A stretch of 44,158 nucleotides of DNA, from assembly GCA_017992575.1 (NCBI GenBank), contig JAGOOJ010000001.1, positions 1 through 44,158 of the forward strand, read 5' to 3'. Shown in pieces: positions 22,413 through 30,881 of this stretch. Position numbers and translations under genes: made by a program. The stretch comes from Candidatus Moraniibacteriota bacterium. GTDB lineage: Bacteria; Patescibacteriota; Minisyncoccia; Moranbacterales; UBA1568. The notes beneath the pieces were generated by a model. The model was given only the letters and a program-made list of their open reading frames with translations. It had not been told where the DNA came from and searched no databases. Position 1 is the stretch's first letter; every line of letters starts with the position of its first letter.

Positions 22413-23783
22413 ATGAAGCAACATTCGAAAAAGTTTTGGTTCATCTTCAGTACCGGAGCAATTCTTTTTCTTCTGGGATGGTTTGTTTTTTGGGAGGTGC
22501 GGACGAATGGGCTAGAAAGCCTCAAACGTTTGCTTGGATTACTTCCTGTCAAACAAGAAATGAAAACGGATCTCGATACAGTGATTTCGTTGGCAGATTC
22601 GCTCCTTCATACTGATGGCAAGGAAAAAGTCTTTTTGATTCTCTTCCAGAATAATTTGGAGTTGCGACCGGGAGGGGGATTTATCGGTTCTTTCGGTGTG
22701 CTCAAGGTGCGAGATGGTAATATTACCAATTTTGCGGTTCACGATACAGCCAACTTTGATGGACGCATTCCCGATACAGTATTGCCTCCCTATCCTATGC
22801 AGGAGACGCTCAAGATTCCTTCATGGAAGTTTCGTGATTCCAATTATTCTCCAGACTTTGCAGAAAACGCCAAGTGGGCAGAAGAATTTTATAAAATGGG
22901 TCAGGGACAGGAGCAGTTTGATGGGATTGTGGGTGTGACTACCAACGTCCTCACCTCTTTCTTGCGTGTGACCGGACCAGTAGAGATTGCCGGATATCCT
23001 GGAATCTATGGAGCGGACAACGCTATACTCGATTTGGAGTATCAGGTGGAAGAGGGATATAAGAAACAAAACATTGCGCTGGGGGAGCGAAAGTCAATGA
23101 TGAATATTTTGGGTCGAGAAATTTTACAGCAAGTGAAGGCGTTACCATTGACAAAAAAATACGAACTTTTTCAAGTCGTGCTTGACGATCTCCACCGGAA
23201 GGATATCCAGTTGTTGTTTCGAGATGAGAACTTGCAGGCGGATGTTGTGGCTTCCGGGTGGGACGGAACGCTTGACAGTACGTGGCACAATGACTATTTG
23301 ATGTTGGCCGATGCGAACCTCAATTCTTTCAAGAGTGACTATTACATGAAACGGTCGTATCAGTACACGGTTGATTTATCTAAAGATATTCCCGAAGCTA
23401 CGCTGGCAGTGACATACAAACATACTGCTAAAGAAAAGAGTTGGTTGACCAAAGATTATCAAACGTATCTACGGGTGTATGTACCTAAGGGAAGTTTTTT
23501 GACCGAGGTGACTAATACGGCTACAAAGCCGGTTTTTGGTGAACTCCTCAATAAAAAATATTTTGGAGTGCTTATCCATGTACCGCTCGGTACTGAGAAG
23601 ACCGTGGTGTTCCATTACACAATCCCGAAGGATATCGAGCGTCAATGGTATGATTTGAAAGTGGAAAAACAGCCCGGATTGAATGATGTTCCGGTGAGCG
23701 TCACCGTCATCAAAACAGATGGGGTAAAAGAAGAAAAAACATTCACCCTGAACAGAAACACGGTTTTGAGTACTCTTGAGTAA
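22413..23783 (+). CDS. DUF4012 domain-containing membrane-anchored protein
   Basis: The start was moved to MKQHSKKFWFIFSTGAILFLLGWFVFW. The LFQNNLELRPGGGFIGSFGVLKV motif is characteristic of DUF4012. Confidence 0.7.
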   Translation: MKQHSKKFWFIFSTGAILFLLGWFVFWEVRTNGLESLKRLLGLLPVKQEMKTDLDTVISLADSLLHTDGKEKVFLILFQNNLELRPGGGFIGSFGVLKVRDGNITNFAVHDTANFDGRIPDTVLPPYPMQETLKIPSWKFRDSNYSPDFAENAKWAEEFYKMGQGQEQFDGIVGVTTNVLTSFLRVTGPVEIAGYPGIYGADNAILDLEYQVEEGYKKQNIALGERKSMMNILGREILQQVKALPLTKKYELFQVVLDDLHRKDIQLLFRDENLQADVVASGWDGTLDSTWHNDYLMLADANLNSFKSDYYMKRSYQYTVDLSKDIPEATLAVTYKHTAKEKSWLTKDYQTYLRVYVPKGSFLTEVTNTATKPVFGELLNKKYFGVLIHVPLGTEKTVVFHYTIPKDIERQWYDLKVEKQPGLNDVPVSVTVIKTDGVKEEKTFTLNRNTVLSTLE

Positions 23784-23819
23784 GATAAAAACTGTTTCGA
23801 AGACCTCTTGGTGCTTCGA

Positions 23820-23878
23820 GGCAGTAGCCAAGGGGTATCCCTGCATGTGCCTGATACCCCTTCACTACTGCCTTTTTG
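23820..23878 (+). terminator. long-stem rho-independent terminator after the DUF4012 gene
   Basis: GGCAGTAG-CCAAGGGGTATC...GATACCCCTTCA-CTACTGCC followed by TTTTTG. Confidence 0.8.
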
Positions 23879-23955
23879 TTTGCGGGTAGTACGCAAGTCC
23901 TTTAGAAAATCTCTCTGGTGTAACCTATCGTCGCCTTTGGGCGCAAGGAGGAATC

Positions 23956-24375
23956 TTGGATACGGCGATGTCATTTGTTAGGAATCTGCCCATAGACGGT
24001 TTATTCGTTCTGGGGGCTCATGTTGTGGCATGGCTCTACTGTGCACAGAGCCTGTGGAACATGGGCGACATGCCCCCGAGTGAACTGGCCGATATTCGCT
24101 TGAAGTTTCACTCGTCGGAGATTTCGAAGCCGTTGATTCTGGTCGCCAATACTTGGTGGCGACGCCTGCTTCGTGAAGGGGCACTTGTTTTTTGCTTCTG
24201 GGCACTCGTTTCCAATTACATCCAGGACCATAAGTCCTTGGGGGTAGCAGTGACCTTCTTGGGGGTTGCGATTCTGGGAGTAGAAGCGTTCAGTCGTTTC
24301 AATCGTCGGCGCTATCGGCACAATCTGTACGTCTGTGATCAGACATACAAAGCCCAGGCGACATCAATGAGCTGA
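23956..24375 (+). CDS. small membrane ORFan (3 predicted TM segments), moderately GC-elevated
   Basis: A TTG start lies 5 nt after AAGGAGGA; an alternative ATG is at 23968. The hydrophobic segments are LFVLGAHVVAWLY, ALVFCFWALVSNYI and VAVTFLGVAILGV. Confidence 0.55.
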   Translation: MDTAMSFVRNLPIDGLFVLGAHVVAWLYCAQSLWNMGDMPPSELADIRLKFHSSEISKPLILVANTWWRRLLREGALVFCFWALVSNYIQDHKSLGVAVTFLGVAILGVEAFSRFNRRRYRHNLYVCDQTYKAQATSMS

Positions 24376-24391
24376 GGGCTTTGCCTCTTTG

Positions 24392-24420
24392 CCACGGACA
24401 GCGTTTCCGTGGTTTTTTCT
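24392..24420 (+). terminator. rho-independent terminator
   Basis: CCACGGA-cagcgtt-TCCGTGG followed by TTTTTTCTTTTT. Confidence 0.8.
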
Positions 24421-24443
24421 TTTTGTAAAAGCAAAATGAGCCG

Positions 24444-24452
24444 TGCTATAAT
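24444..24452 (+). promoter_or_regulatory. extended -10 promoter upstream of trmD
   Basis: TGcTATAAT. Confidence 0.5.
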
Positions 24453-24503
24453 GAAAGTCAACGAAGCTAAGGAGGGCTAATAAGTACTCATAAAATTAAT
24501 GTT

Positions 24504-25172
24504 ATGCGTTTTGACATCATTTCGTTGTTTCCTGAGAGTTTTATTTCTTATCTCACTGCATCAATTTTGAAGAAGGCCCAAGAAAAAAATCTGATTGAAA
24601 TTCATAGACATCAACTGCGTGATTTCACTCATGATGCACACAAGACCGTGGACGACACTCCCTATGGCGGTGGAGCGGGTATGGTGCTCAAGGTCGAACC
24701 TATTGCTGAAGCCCTCAGCTATGTAAAATCCTTGGTTCCAGAGAAAAGCACGCGGACCATTCTTTTTTCTGCAAAGGGGAAAGTCTGTACCCAGGAAGAT
24801 ATGAAGCGTCTCTCTGGCTATGCACGTCTGATACTCTTGTGCGGGAGGTATGAGGGGGTTGATGAACGAGTGGCGGAATATCTGGTAGATGAAGAGCTTT
24901 CTATCGGTGAATATGTGCTGACAGGAGGTGAAATTCCAGCCCTGGTTGTTGTGGATGCTGTTTCTCGGTTGCTTCCAGGGGTGTTAGGAAATTCAGCGAG
25001 TGCCATAGATGAATCACATAGTGTTCTCGGTACCCTCGAGTATCCTCAGTATACGAAACCGGAAATCTGGAAGGACAAGCGGGTTCCAGAAGTGTTGCTC
25101 TCCGGCCATCATAGTGAGATAGAAAAATGGCGTGCCGCTCAGTCGACCAAACCACGCTCTTTTACAGTATGA
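24504..25172 (+). CDS. trmD: tRNA (guanine37-N1)-methyltransferase
   Basis: It has MRFDIISLFPESF, DDTPYGGGAGMVL, CGRYEGVDERV, and GGEIPALVVVDAVSRLLPGVLG (SPOUT knot). Confidence 0.95.
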   Translation: MRFDIISLFPESFISYLTASILKKAQEKNLIEIHRHQLRDFTHDAHKTVDDTPYGGGAGMVLKVEPIAEALSYVKSLVPEKSTRTILFSAKGKVCTQEDMKRLSGYARLILLCGRYEGVDERVAEYLVDEELSIGEYVLTGGEIPALVVVDAVSRLLPGVLGNSASAIDESHSVLGTLEYPQYTKPEIWKDKRVPEVLLSGHHSEIEKWRAAQSTKPRSFTV

Positions 25173-26278
25173 AAGAATCAGGTCATCATCTCGACCGCCC
25201 GCTCCTCTCCGCTCTCGTGGCTCTTTTAGGTATTGGTATTATTATGGTAGCCAGCGCCGGGGTAGTGTATGGTAAGGTACGTTTTGGTGATGATTACTAT
25301 TTTCTGAAGCAACAGTTATTGGGACTCGGTGTCGGGGTGGCGCTACTCTTTATTTTCCAAAAAATTCACTACACGGTTTGGCAACGATTTGTTTTGCCTA
25401 TTTTTCTTTTGGCCCTAGTACTGTTGATACTGGTATTTATCCCTGGATTTGGGACAACAGTGTATGGAGCAGCGCGTTGGATACAATTAGGCCCCCTCTC
25501 TTTTCAACCATCGGAGGTTATGAAATTTTCCATAATTTTGTATCTTTCGGCTTGGTTGTCAGGTAAAGGGACGGTTAAAACAGCTGATTTCTTCGAAGGA
25601 CTCGTTCCTTTTCTGGCTCTTATTTCTGTGGTTGGATTTCTCATTATTAAACAACCGGATACTGGGACTCTCGGGCTTATTTTTCTCATTTCATTGGCTA
25701 TCTTTTTTGCCTCCGGAGCAAATATTACCCATATTTTTTCGCTCTTTTTAGGAGGGTTGCTTTTTCTGTTCGTGTTAATTAAAATAGCGCCCTATCGGAT
25801 GCAGCGTTTTCTGGTTTTTATGAATCCGGATCATGACCCACTGGGTTTTGGGTATCAAATGTCACAGGCGTTACTGGCTATCGGTTCTGGAGGGGTACTG
25901 GGTGTCGGTTTGGGACAGAGTCGTCAGAAGTTCAATTATCTGCCTGAACCAGTCACTGATTCTATTTTTGCTGTCCTTGGAGAGGAATTGGGCCTGTTGG
26001 GAACGGTAGTAGTCGTTGGACTTTTTTTGTTTCTTGCTTGGCGCGGGGCACGAATCGCTCTTCGAGCGCCGGACGAATTTGGTCGTTTGTTAGCTGTCGG
26101 GATAACTTCTTGGATTGTTTTTCAGGCGTTTATTAATATTGGAGCTATTACTGGACTTATTCCACTGACCGGTATTCCGCTTCCTTTTATTAGCTATGGA
26201 GGAACGTCACTGGCGGTGTTATTGGCAGCGATGGGGATATTGCTAAATATATCCAAACATTCTACACTGAAGGGGTAA
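25169..26278 (+). CDS. ftsW: SEDS-family peptidoglycan glycosyltransferase FtsW
   Basis: It has an ATGA overlap with the trmD stop, about 10 TM segments, and PEPVTDSIFAVLGEELGL and ISYGGTS motifs. It lies immediately upstream of murG. Confidence 0.85.
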   Translation: MKESGHHLDRPLLSALVALLGIGIIMVASAGVVYGKVRFGDDYYFLKQQLLGLGVGVALLFIFQKIHYTVWQRFVLPIFLLALVLLILVFIPGFGTTVYGAARWIQLGPLSFQPSEVMKFSIILYLSAWLSGKGTVKTADFFEGLVPFLALISVVGFLIIKQPDTGTLGLIFLISLAIFFASGANITHIFSLFLGGLLFLFVLIKIAPYRMQRFLVFMNPDHDPLGFGYQMSQALLAIGSGGVLGVGLGQSRQKFNYLPEPVTDSIFAVLGEELGLLGTVVVVGLFLFLAWRGARIALRAPDEFGRLLAVGITSWIVFQAFINIGAITGLIPLTGIPLPFISYGGTSLAVLLAAMGILLNISKHSTLKG

Positions 26279-26300
26279 ATAAGGGAAAATATCTGCACCT

Positions 26301-27422
26301 ATGTCTCTTCCTCGTGTGGTATTGTCGGGCGGTGTTTCGGGTGGTCATACGTTTCCGCTTATTGCGGTAGCGCGAGCATTGCGGACACAGTTTCCTCAAG
26401 GTATCGAATTTCTTTTCATTGGTTCCAAAGGACACTTTGAAAGTGAATCCATGGCAGCCGAAGGTATTCCAGCTCAGTATGTATTAACCGGAAAAATGCG
26501 ACGGTATTTTTCACTTCTTAATTTTATTGACCCCTTCAAGGTTCCGATTGGTTTTATCCAGTCTCTCTGGAAATTATTTGTGTTCATGCCAGATGTCGTC
26601 TTTGCGAAGGGTGGATCCGCTTCGGTTCCCGTAGTATTGGCTGCTTGGGTATATCGGATTCCTGTGGTTATTCATGATTCTGATGCTGTAGCTGGTCGGG
26701 CGAATCGTTTTTTGGCTCGTTTTGCTACTCGTATCGCGATTGCCTATTCGAGTGCACGAAATTATTTTCCGGAGGAAAAAACAGCGCTCACCGGAAATCC
26801 CGTGCGGGAAGAGATTTTGAGGGGAGACGCTACACGAGGAGCAACACAGCTCGGTCTTTCTCTTGAAAAGCCGGTGCTGTTGGTGTTGGGCGGGAGTCAG
26901 GGGGCGACACTTTTGAACGAATCCCTGCTTCATATTTTGCCAGAACTTTTGAAAGCCGGCATTCAGATTGTTCATCAAACAGGACGGGAAAATTATGATG
27001 CGCTGAATCGAATTCGAACAGAACACGGATTGGATCAACCAGGGAGCGGGTATGTGATTCGTGATTTTTTTCCAGTTACAGAGTTGGCAGACGTGTTAGC
27101 ATTGGCATTAGTGGTGCTTTCACGAGCAGGAGCTTCATCTATTTCTGAATTAGCAGCAACAAAAAAGGCTTCTATTCTGGTTCCTCTGGCGAGTGCTGCG
27201 AATGATGAACAGCGTATGAATGCGTATGATATTGCCAAGATTGGTGGAGCAGAAGTGTTGGAGGAAGCTAATTTAGGGGAGCATATTCTGCTTCAAAAAA
27301 TTATTGAGTTGATGCGAGATGGTAATTTACGTTCCCAGTTAGGGGAGCATATGTATCAGTTTTACCACCCGGATGCTTCGGCAGCTATCGCTACGGGTAT
27401 TCGGACACTTATGAATCGTTAG
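26301..27422 (+). CDS. murG: UDP-GlcNAc:lipid I N-acetylglucosaminyltransferase
   Basis: It has GGVSGGHTFPLIAVARAL, LVLGGSQGA and SRAGASSISELA motifs. Confidence 0.9.
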   Translation: MSLPRVVLSGGVSGGHTFPLIAVARALRTQFPQGIEFLFIGSKGHFESESMAAEGIPAQYVLTGKMRRYFSLLNFIDPFKVPIGFIQSLWKLFVFMPDVVFAKGGSASVPVVLAAWVYRIPVVIHDSDAVAGRANRFLARFATRIAIAYSSARNYFPEEKTALTGNPVREEILRGDATRGATQLGLSLEKPVLLVLGGSQGATLLNESLLHILPELLKAGIQIVHQTGRENYDALNRIRTEHGLDQPGSGYVIRDFFPVTELADVLALALVVLSRAGASSISELAATKKASILVPLASAANDEQRMNAYDIAKIGGAEVLEEANLGEHILLQKIIELMRDGNLRSQLGEHMYQFYHPDASAAIATGIRTLMNR

Positions 27423-27426
27423 TTCT

Positions 27427-28842
27427 ATGCCTTCGCTTCATCTATCGCGCTTCAAACACGTTCATATGATCGGTATCAAAGGTGCCGGTATGACCGCTTT
27501 AGCAGAGTTTTTGTTACGGCAGGGTGCACAAGTGACTGGGTCTGATACGGACGAGATCTTTTTTACCGATGCTATTTTGCAACGTTTGGAGATACCCGTA
27601 AAACACCCTTTTGCTGTAGAAAATATTCCTAAAAAAGCTGATATAATCATTTATTCTACTGCTTACACCAAAGAGCAGAATCAAGAATTGGCGGGGGCGT
27701 TCGTTGTCGGGGTTCCGGTTTTGAGCTATCCTGAGGCACTTGGTGCTTTGACAGAGGAAAAGTTAACGTTGGCGGTGTGTGGTACTCATGGTAAAACAAC
27801 CACCAGCGCTCTTTTGGCAGATACGCTTGAATACTGTGGCAAGAACCCTTCTGCTATTGTGGGGAGTCGGATAATGAGTTGGGGAGGAAATTCCCTTTTC
27901 GGTACGGGAGAGTATTTGGTAATCGAGGCCGATGAATATCAGAATAAACTTGCTCAGTATCAACCATTTGCGGTCATTCTTACGAGTATTGATTTTGATC
28001 ATCCGGATTACTTTGTTGATAGAGAAAGTTATGAACAGGTGTTTTCAGATTTTGTTGCCAAAATTCCAGCGCATGGGATACTTGTGTATTGTGCTGACTC
28101 TGCAGCTGTAGCTCGTGTGGCAACACGGGCTCGCTGTCGTACGGTGTCTTATGGCACGTTGGCGCCGGCGGATTTTCAAGTTATTGAATACACTCCGGAG
28201 AAAATAGGATTTCTTTCCGAAAAGGAAATGATCTGCCAGTCTTTCTCTGTCATTCATCAAAACGAAAAGAGAGGGCCGTTTCGACTCAAATTAGCGGGTG
28301 TTCATAATGCTCTCAATGCCACTGCTGTTTTGGCACTCCTCTCAACGCTCGGGGTAGAAGCGACTCGCTTGAAGGCTGGCGTAGAACGGTTTACCGGAAC
28401 AGAACGTCGCTTTGAATATATTGGTGAACGGTACGGAGCGCTCCTCTACGATGATTATGCTCATCACCCAGAAGAAATTAAAGCGACTCTGCGAGCGTTT
28501 CGAGATTTATATCCGAACAAGAGATTAACCGCTTTGTTTCATCCTCATACGTATACCCGTACTAAGGCACTTCTTTCTGATTTTGCACAGAGTTTCGATG
28601 AGGCTGATCGGGTGATTATCCTTGATATCTATGGCAGTGCTCGAGAAGAACAAGGCGGGGTTACTTCACAAGACCTGGTGGACCAAATTCAGCGTTATTT
28701 TCTCGGTAAAGCTGAAGTGGCACATGACACGAGTATTCTGACTACTGAATTAGAGAAGACAATGGGTCGACAAGATGTTATTATTACGCTTGGAGCTGGG
28801 AATGTATGGGAAATATCCCATACATTGGCTCGGGCAAAATAA
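27427..28842 (+). CDS. murC: UDP-N-acetylmuramate--L-alanine ligase
   Basis: It has IGIKGAGMTALAEFLLRQGAQVTGSD, the GTHGKTTTSALLA P-loop and YAHHPEEIKATL. Confidence 0.9.
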   Translation: MPSLHLSRFKHVHMIGIKGAGMTALAEFLLRQGAQVTGSDTDEIFFTDAILQRLEIPVKHPFAVENIPKKADIIIYSTAYTKEQNQELAGAFVVGVPVLSYPEALGALTEEKLTLAVCGTHGKTTTSALLADTLEYCGKNPSAIVGSRIMSWGGNSLFGTGEYLVIEADEYQNKLAQYQPFAVILTSIDFDHPDYFVDRESYEQVFSDFVAKIPAHGILVYCADSAAVARVATRARCRTVSYGTLAPADFQVIEYTPEKIGFLSEKEMICQSFSVIHQNEKRGPFRLKLAGVHNALNATAVLALLSTLGVEATRLKAGVERFTGTERRFEYIGERYGALLYDDYAHHPEEIKATLRAFRDLYPNKRLTALFHPHTYTRTKALLSDFAQSFDEADRVIILDIYGSAREEQGGVTSQDLVDQIQRYFLGKAEVAHDTSILTTELEKTMGRQDVIITLGAGNVWEISHTLARAK

Positions 28843-28858
28843 TTGGATTTTTCATCAT

Positions 28859-29785
28859 ATGTTTCTTCGAGAAAATATTCCACTCGCGCCACTATCGACA
28901 TTTCAGGTTGGTGGCACGACTCGGTACTATACGGAAGTGTCGGGTGCTCTGGAACTAGCAGAAGCGTTCGAATATGCAGAAAAGCACAAACTCCCATATT
29001 TTGTTTTAGGAGGAGGGAGCAATATTTTGTTTGCCGATCAAAGATTTGAAGGTCTCATTATTCATATGGTGGGCGGAAGTGTGAATACAACGGGTGAGAA
29101 AGTGGTCGCTAGCGCTGGTGTCCCTCTTGCTCGGGTAGTTCAGAGAGCTCAGGAAGCTGGGTTGGCAGGCATAGAAAAATTGGCTGGTATCCCAGGTTCA
29201 TTTGGTGGCGCTATTCGAGGCAATGCTGGAGCCTTTGGGGTAGAGATTGGCACCCTGGTACTTTCAGTGAAAACATTGGATCGCTATTCTGGTATGGTGC
29301 AGGAGCATCGACAGGAAGGGTGTAACTTTCAGTATCGAAACAGTCTTTTTAAACGGAATCCGAAGCTGGTAGTTCTTTCGGCTGAGCTCCAGTTGGAGCC
29401 CGGTGATACAGTAGCCCTGAAGCGTGTTATGGATGAGACTATGGCTATTCGTGAGTCGAAACATCCTCAAGATGCCAAGTGTGCTGGATCATTCTTTATG
29501 AATCCTCTCGTAAAAGATGAACAGTTACTGAAGGAATTTGAAAAGGATACGGGGAACACCTCGAAGGATGGTAAACTGCCGGCCGGTTGGCTCATCGATC
29601 ATGTCGGATTGCGAGGGAAAAAGATCGGAGGGGCACAGGTCAGTCCAATTCATCCGAATTATCTTTTGAATACTGGGACAGCTACAGCACGTGATATCGT
29701 GATGTTGGCGAGTTTGATCAAAACGCGGGTCCGAGACGAACTTCATGTACGGCTCAAGGAAGAAGTACAGTTCGTTGGATTTTAG
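28859..29785 (+). CDS. murB: UDP-N-acetylenolpyruvoylglucosamine reductase
   Basis: The start was moved to MFLRENIPLAPLSTFQVGGT. It has GGGSNILF, IPGSFGGAIRGNAGAFG and SKHP motifs. Confidence 0.9.
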   Translation: MFLRENIPLAPLSTFQVGGTTRYYTEVSGALELAEAFEYAEKHKLPYFVLGGGSNILFADQRFEGLIIHMVGGSVNTTGEKVVASAGVPLARVVQRAQEAGLAGIEKLAGIPGSFGGAIRGNAGAFGVEIGTLVLSVKTLDRYSGMVQEHRQEGCNFQYRNSLFKRNPKLVVLSAELQLEPGDTVALKRVMDETMAIRESKHPQDAKCAGSFFMNPLVKDEQLLKEFEKDTGNTSKDGKLPAGWLIDHVGLRGKKIGGAQVSPIHPNYLLNTGTATARDIVMLASLIKTRVRDELHVRLKEEVQFVGF

Positions 29786-29821
29786 GTTCTTTAGGATGTT
29801 GGATCGGAAAGCGAGGTAGAT

Positions 29822-30058
29822 ATGAGAGCATTGCTACAATGCTTTCGGTGCGGAGTACAACTTTCGGTCATTTGTTCTGCCTGGGAGTATGGCTCCTATT
29901 GCTCCGAGTGGTGTAGTAGTCAGCCTAAGGGCAGACAGGAGGTCTTAGCGGCTGGTGCTGATACACAATCCTCAGACGATGCTGGCATGAATGCTTTTCG
30001 TCGTGGACAACTTCAGCTTGACGCTGGCGATCCGCAAGAACGCCAGTTGGTCGATTGA
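29822..30058 (+). CDS. 78-aa ORFan with an N-terminal CxxC...CSxxC zinc-ribbon (TRASH/YHS-like) motif
   Basis: It has C7-x2-C10 and C27-x3-C31 (YCSEWC), followed by an acidic, disordered-looking tail. It is GC-elevated relative to murB and hpf. Confidence 0.45.
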   Translation: MRALLQCFRCGVQLSVICSAWEYGSYCSEWCSSQPKGRQEVLAAGADTQSSDDAGMNAFRRGQLQLDAGDPQERQLVD

Positions 30059-30126
30059 GGCTTTTTGTAAGCGGGTTTCTTGGATAAGAGACACGCTTTT
30101 TTCTTTGTTCCCATAGCAAACAGATG

Positions 30127-30135
30127 TGCTATACT
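30127..30135 (+). promoter_or_regulatory. extended -10 promoter giving a leaderless mRNA
   Basis: TGcTATACT is followed by 6 nt (aaagcc) and then the ATG at 30142. Confidence 0.5.
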
Positions 30136-30141
30136 AAAGCC

Positions 30142-30339
30142 ATGGATATAGAACTCTTGCAAAAATTGCAGGCACAGGATGAAAAATTGGAACAGATTTA
30201 CCGGTCTGTTGAGAAAACACGTCAGTATTTTCTGTGGACTCTGATTGGTTCGGTTGTTATGTTTGTTTTACCTCTTATCGGACTAGTTTTTGCGGTGCCT
30301 TTTTTTCTGAGTACTTTGTCGACAGCTTACGGACTCTAA
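30142..30339 (+). CDS. 65-aa small membrane protein (coiled N-terminus plus 2 TM segments)
   Basis: The start was moved to MDIELLQ because the listed upstream Met overlaps the -10 element. The hydrophobic region is FLWTLIGSVVMFVLPLIGLVFAVPFFL. Confidence 0.5.
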   Translation: MDIELLQKLQAQDEKLEQIYRSVEKTRQYFLWTLIGSVVMFVLPLIGLVFAVPFFLSTLSTAYGL

Positions 30340-30358
30340 TTTCTTAATTGAAACGAAT

Positions 30359-30709
30359 ATGAATACACGATTCTTGTTCAAAGGAGTAGAGATCGATGAA
30401 CGGACGAATGCCTATATAGTAAAGCGCCTCGGGCGAGTAGAGAAACTAGTAGACCCGGTGAGTGAATTTTCTATTGAAATCGATCAAGACAAAAAAGGGA
30501 AATTTCGGGTGGAAATCATGGTCAAGACCCCGCATAATCTGTATCGGGCAGAAGAAGTATCGGAAAGTATTGAAGGTTCTACTGATATCGTCATCGACGA
30601 ATTAGAAATTCAAGTCGACAAAAAGAAAAATAAGAATCGCGATCTAAAACTGCGTGGTAACCGTTCCATCAAAAAGAAATTGGTGGTTGACGAATCGGCT
30701 CGATTTTAG
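30359..30709 (+). CDS. hpf: ribosome hibernation promoting factor / RaiA (S30AE family), short form
   Basis: FRVEIMVKTPHNLYRAEEVSESIEGSTDIVIDELEIQVDKKK matches the S30AE core. It sits directly upstream of secA, as in Firmicutes. Confidence 0.7.
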   Translation: MNTRFLFKGVEIDERTNAYIVKRLGRVEKLVDPVSEFSIEIDQDKKGKFRVEIMVKTPHNLYRAEEVSESIEGSTDIVIDELEIQVDKKKNKNRDLKLRGNRSIKKKLVVDESARF

Positions 30710-30725
30710 GCTTAGAATAAGGAAT

Positions 30726-30755
30726 AATCCTACTCCATGAGTGGGATTTTTCTTT
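30726..30755 (+). terminator. rho-independent terminator after hpf
   Basis: AATCCTACTC-catg-AGTGGGATT (one mismatch) followed by TTTCTTTT. Confidence 0.65.
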
Positions 30756-30881
30756 TGACGGCGAGCAGTCTTTTTGTTACACTGGAATAGTTCTTGGCTT
30801 AAATAAAAGGACACTTGTTTGATTTTTAACTTCTGCTCCTAGTTAAAAGCTATAAGCTGATAGCTAAAAGCTACCCTGACT

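Noticed and set aside
24469-24476. A strong SD-like AAGGAGGG upstream of trmD, and a possible 9-codon mini-ORF (ATG at 24451).
   Set aside because: The SD is 28 nt from the trmD ATG, with in-frame stops between. The mini-ORF start overlaps the -10 hexamer, so it would not be in the transcript. There is no support for a leader peptide.
30841-30881. Repeated AAAAGCTA (30845-30852 and 30865-30872) and GCTAT-aagctg-ATAGC upstream of secA, considered as a possible regulatory site.
   Set aside because: These are short, AT-rich and low in information. They overlap a plausible TATAAG -10 element. The case is too weak without comparative support.
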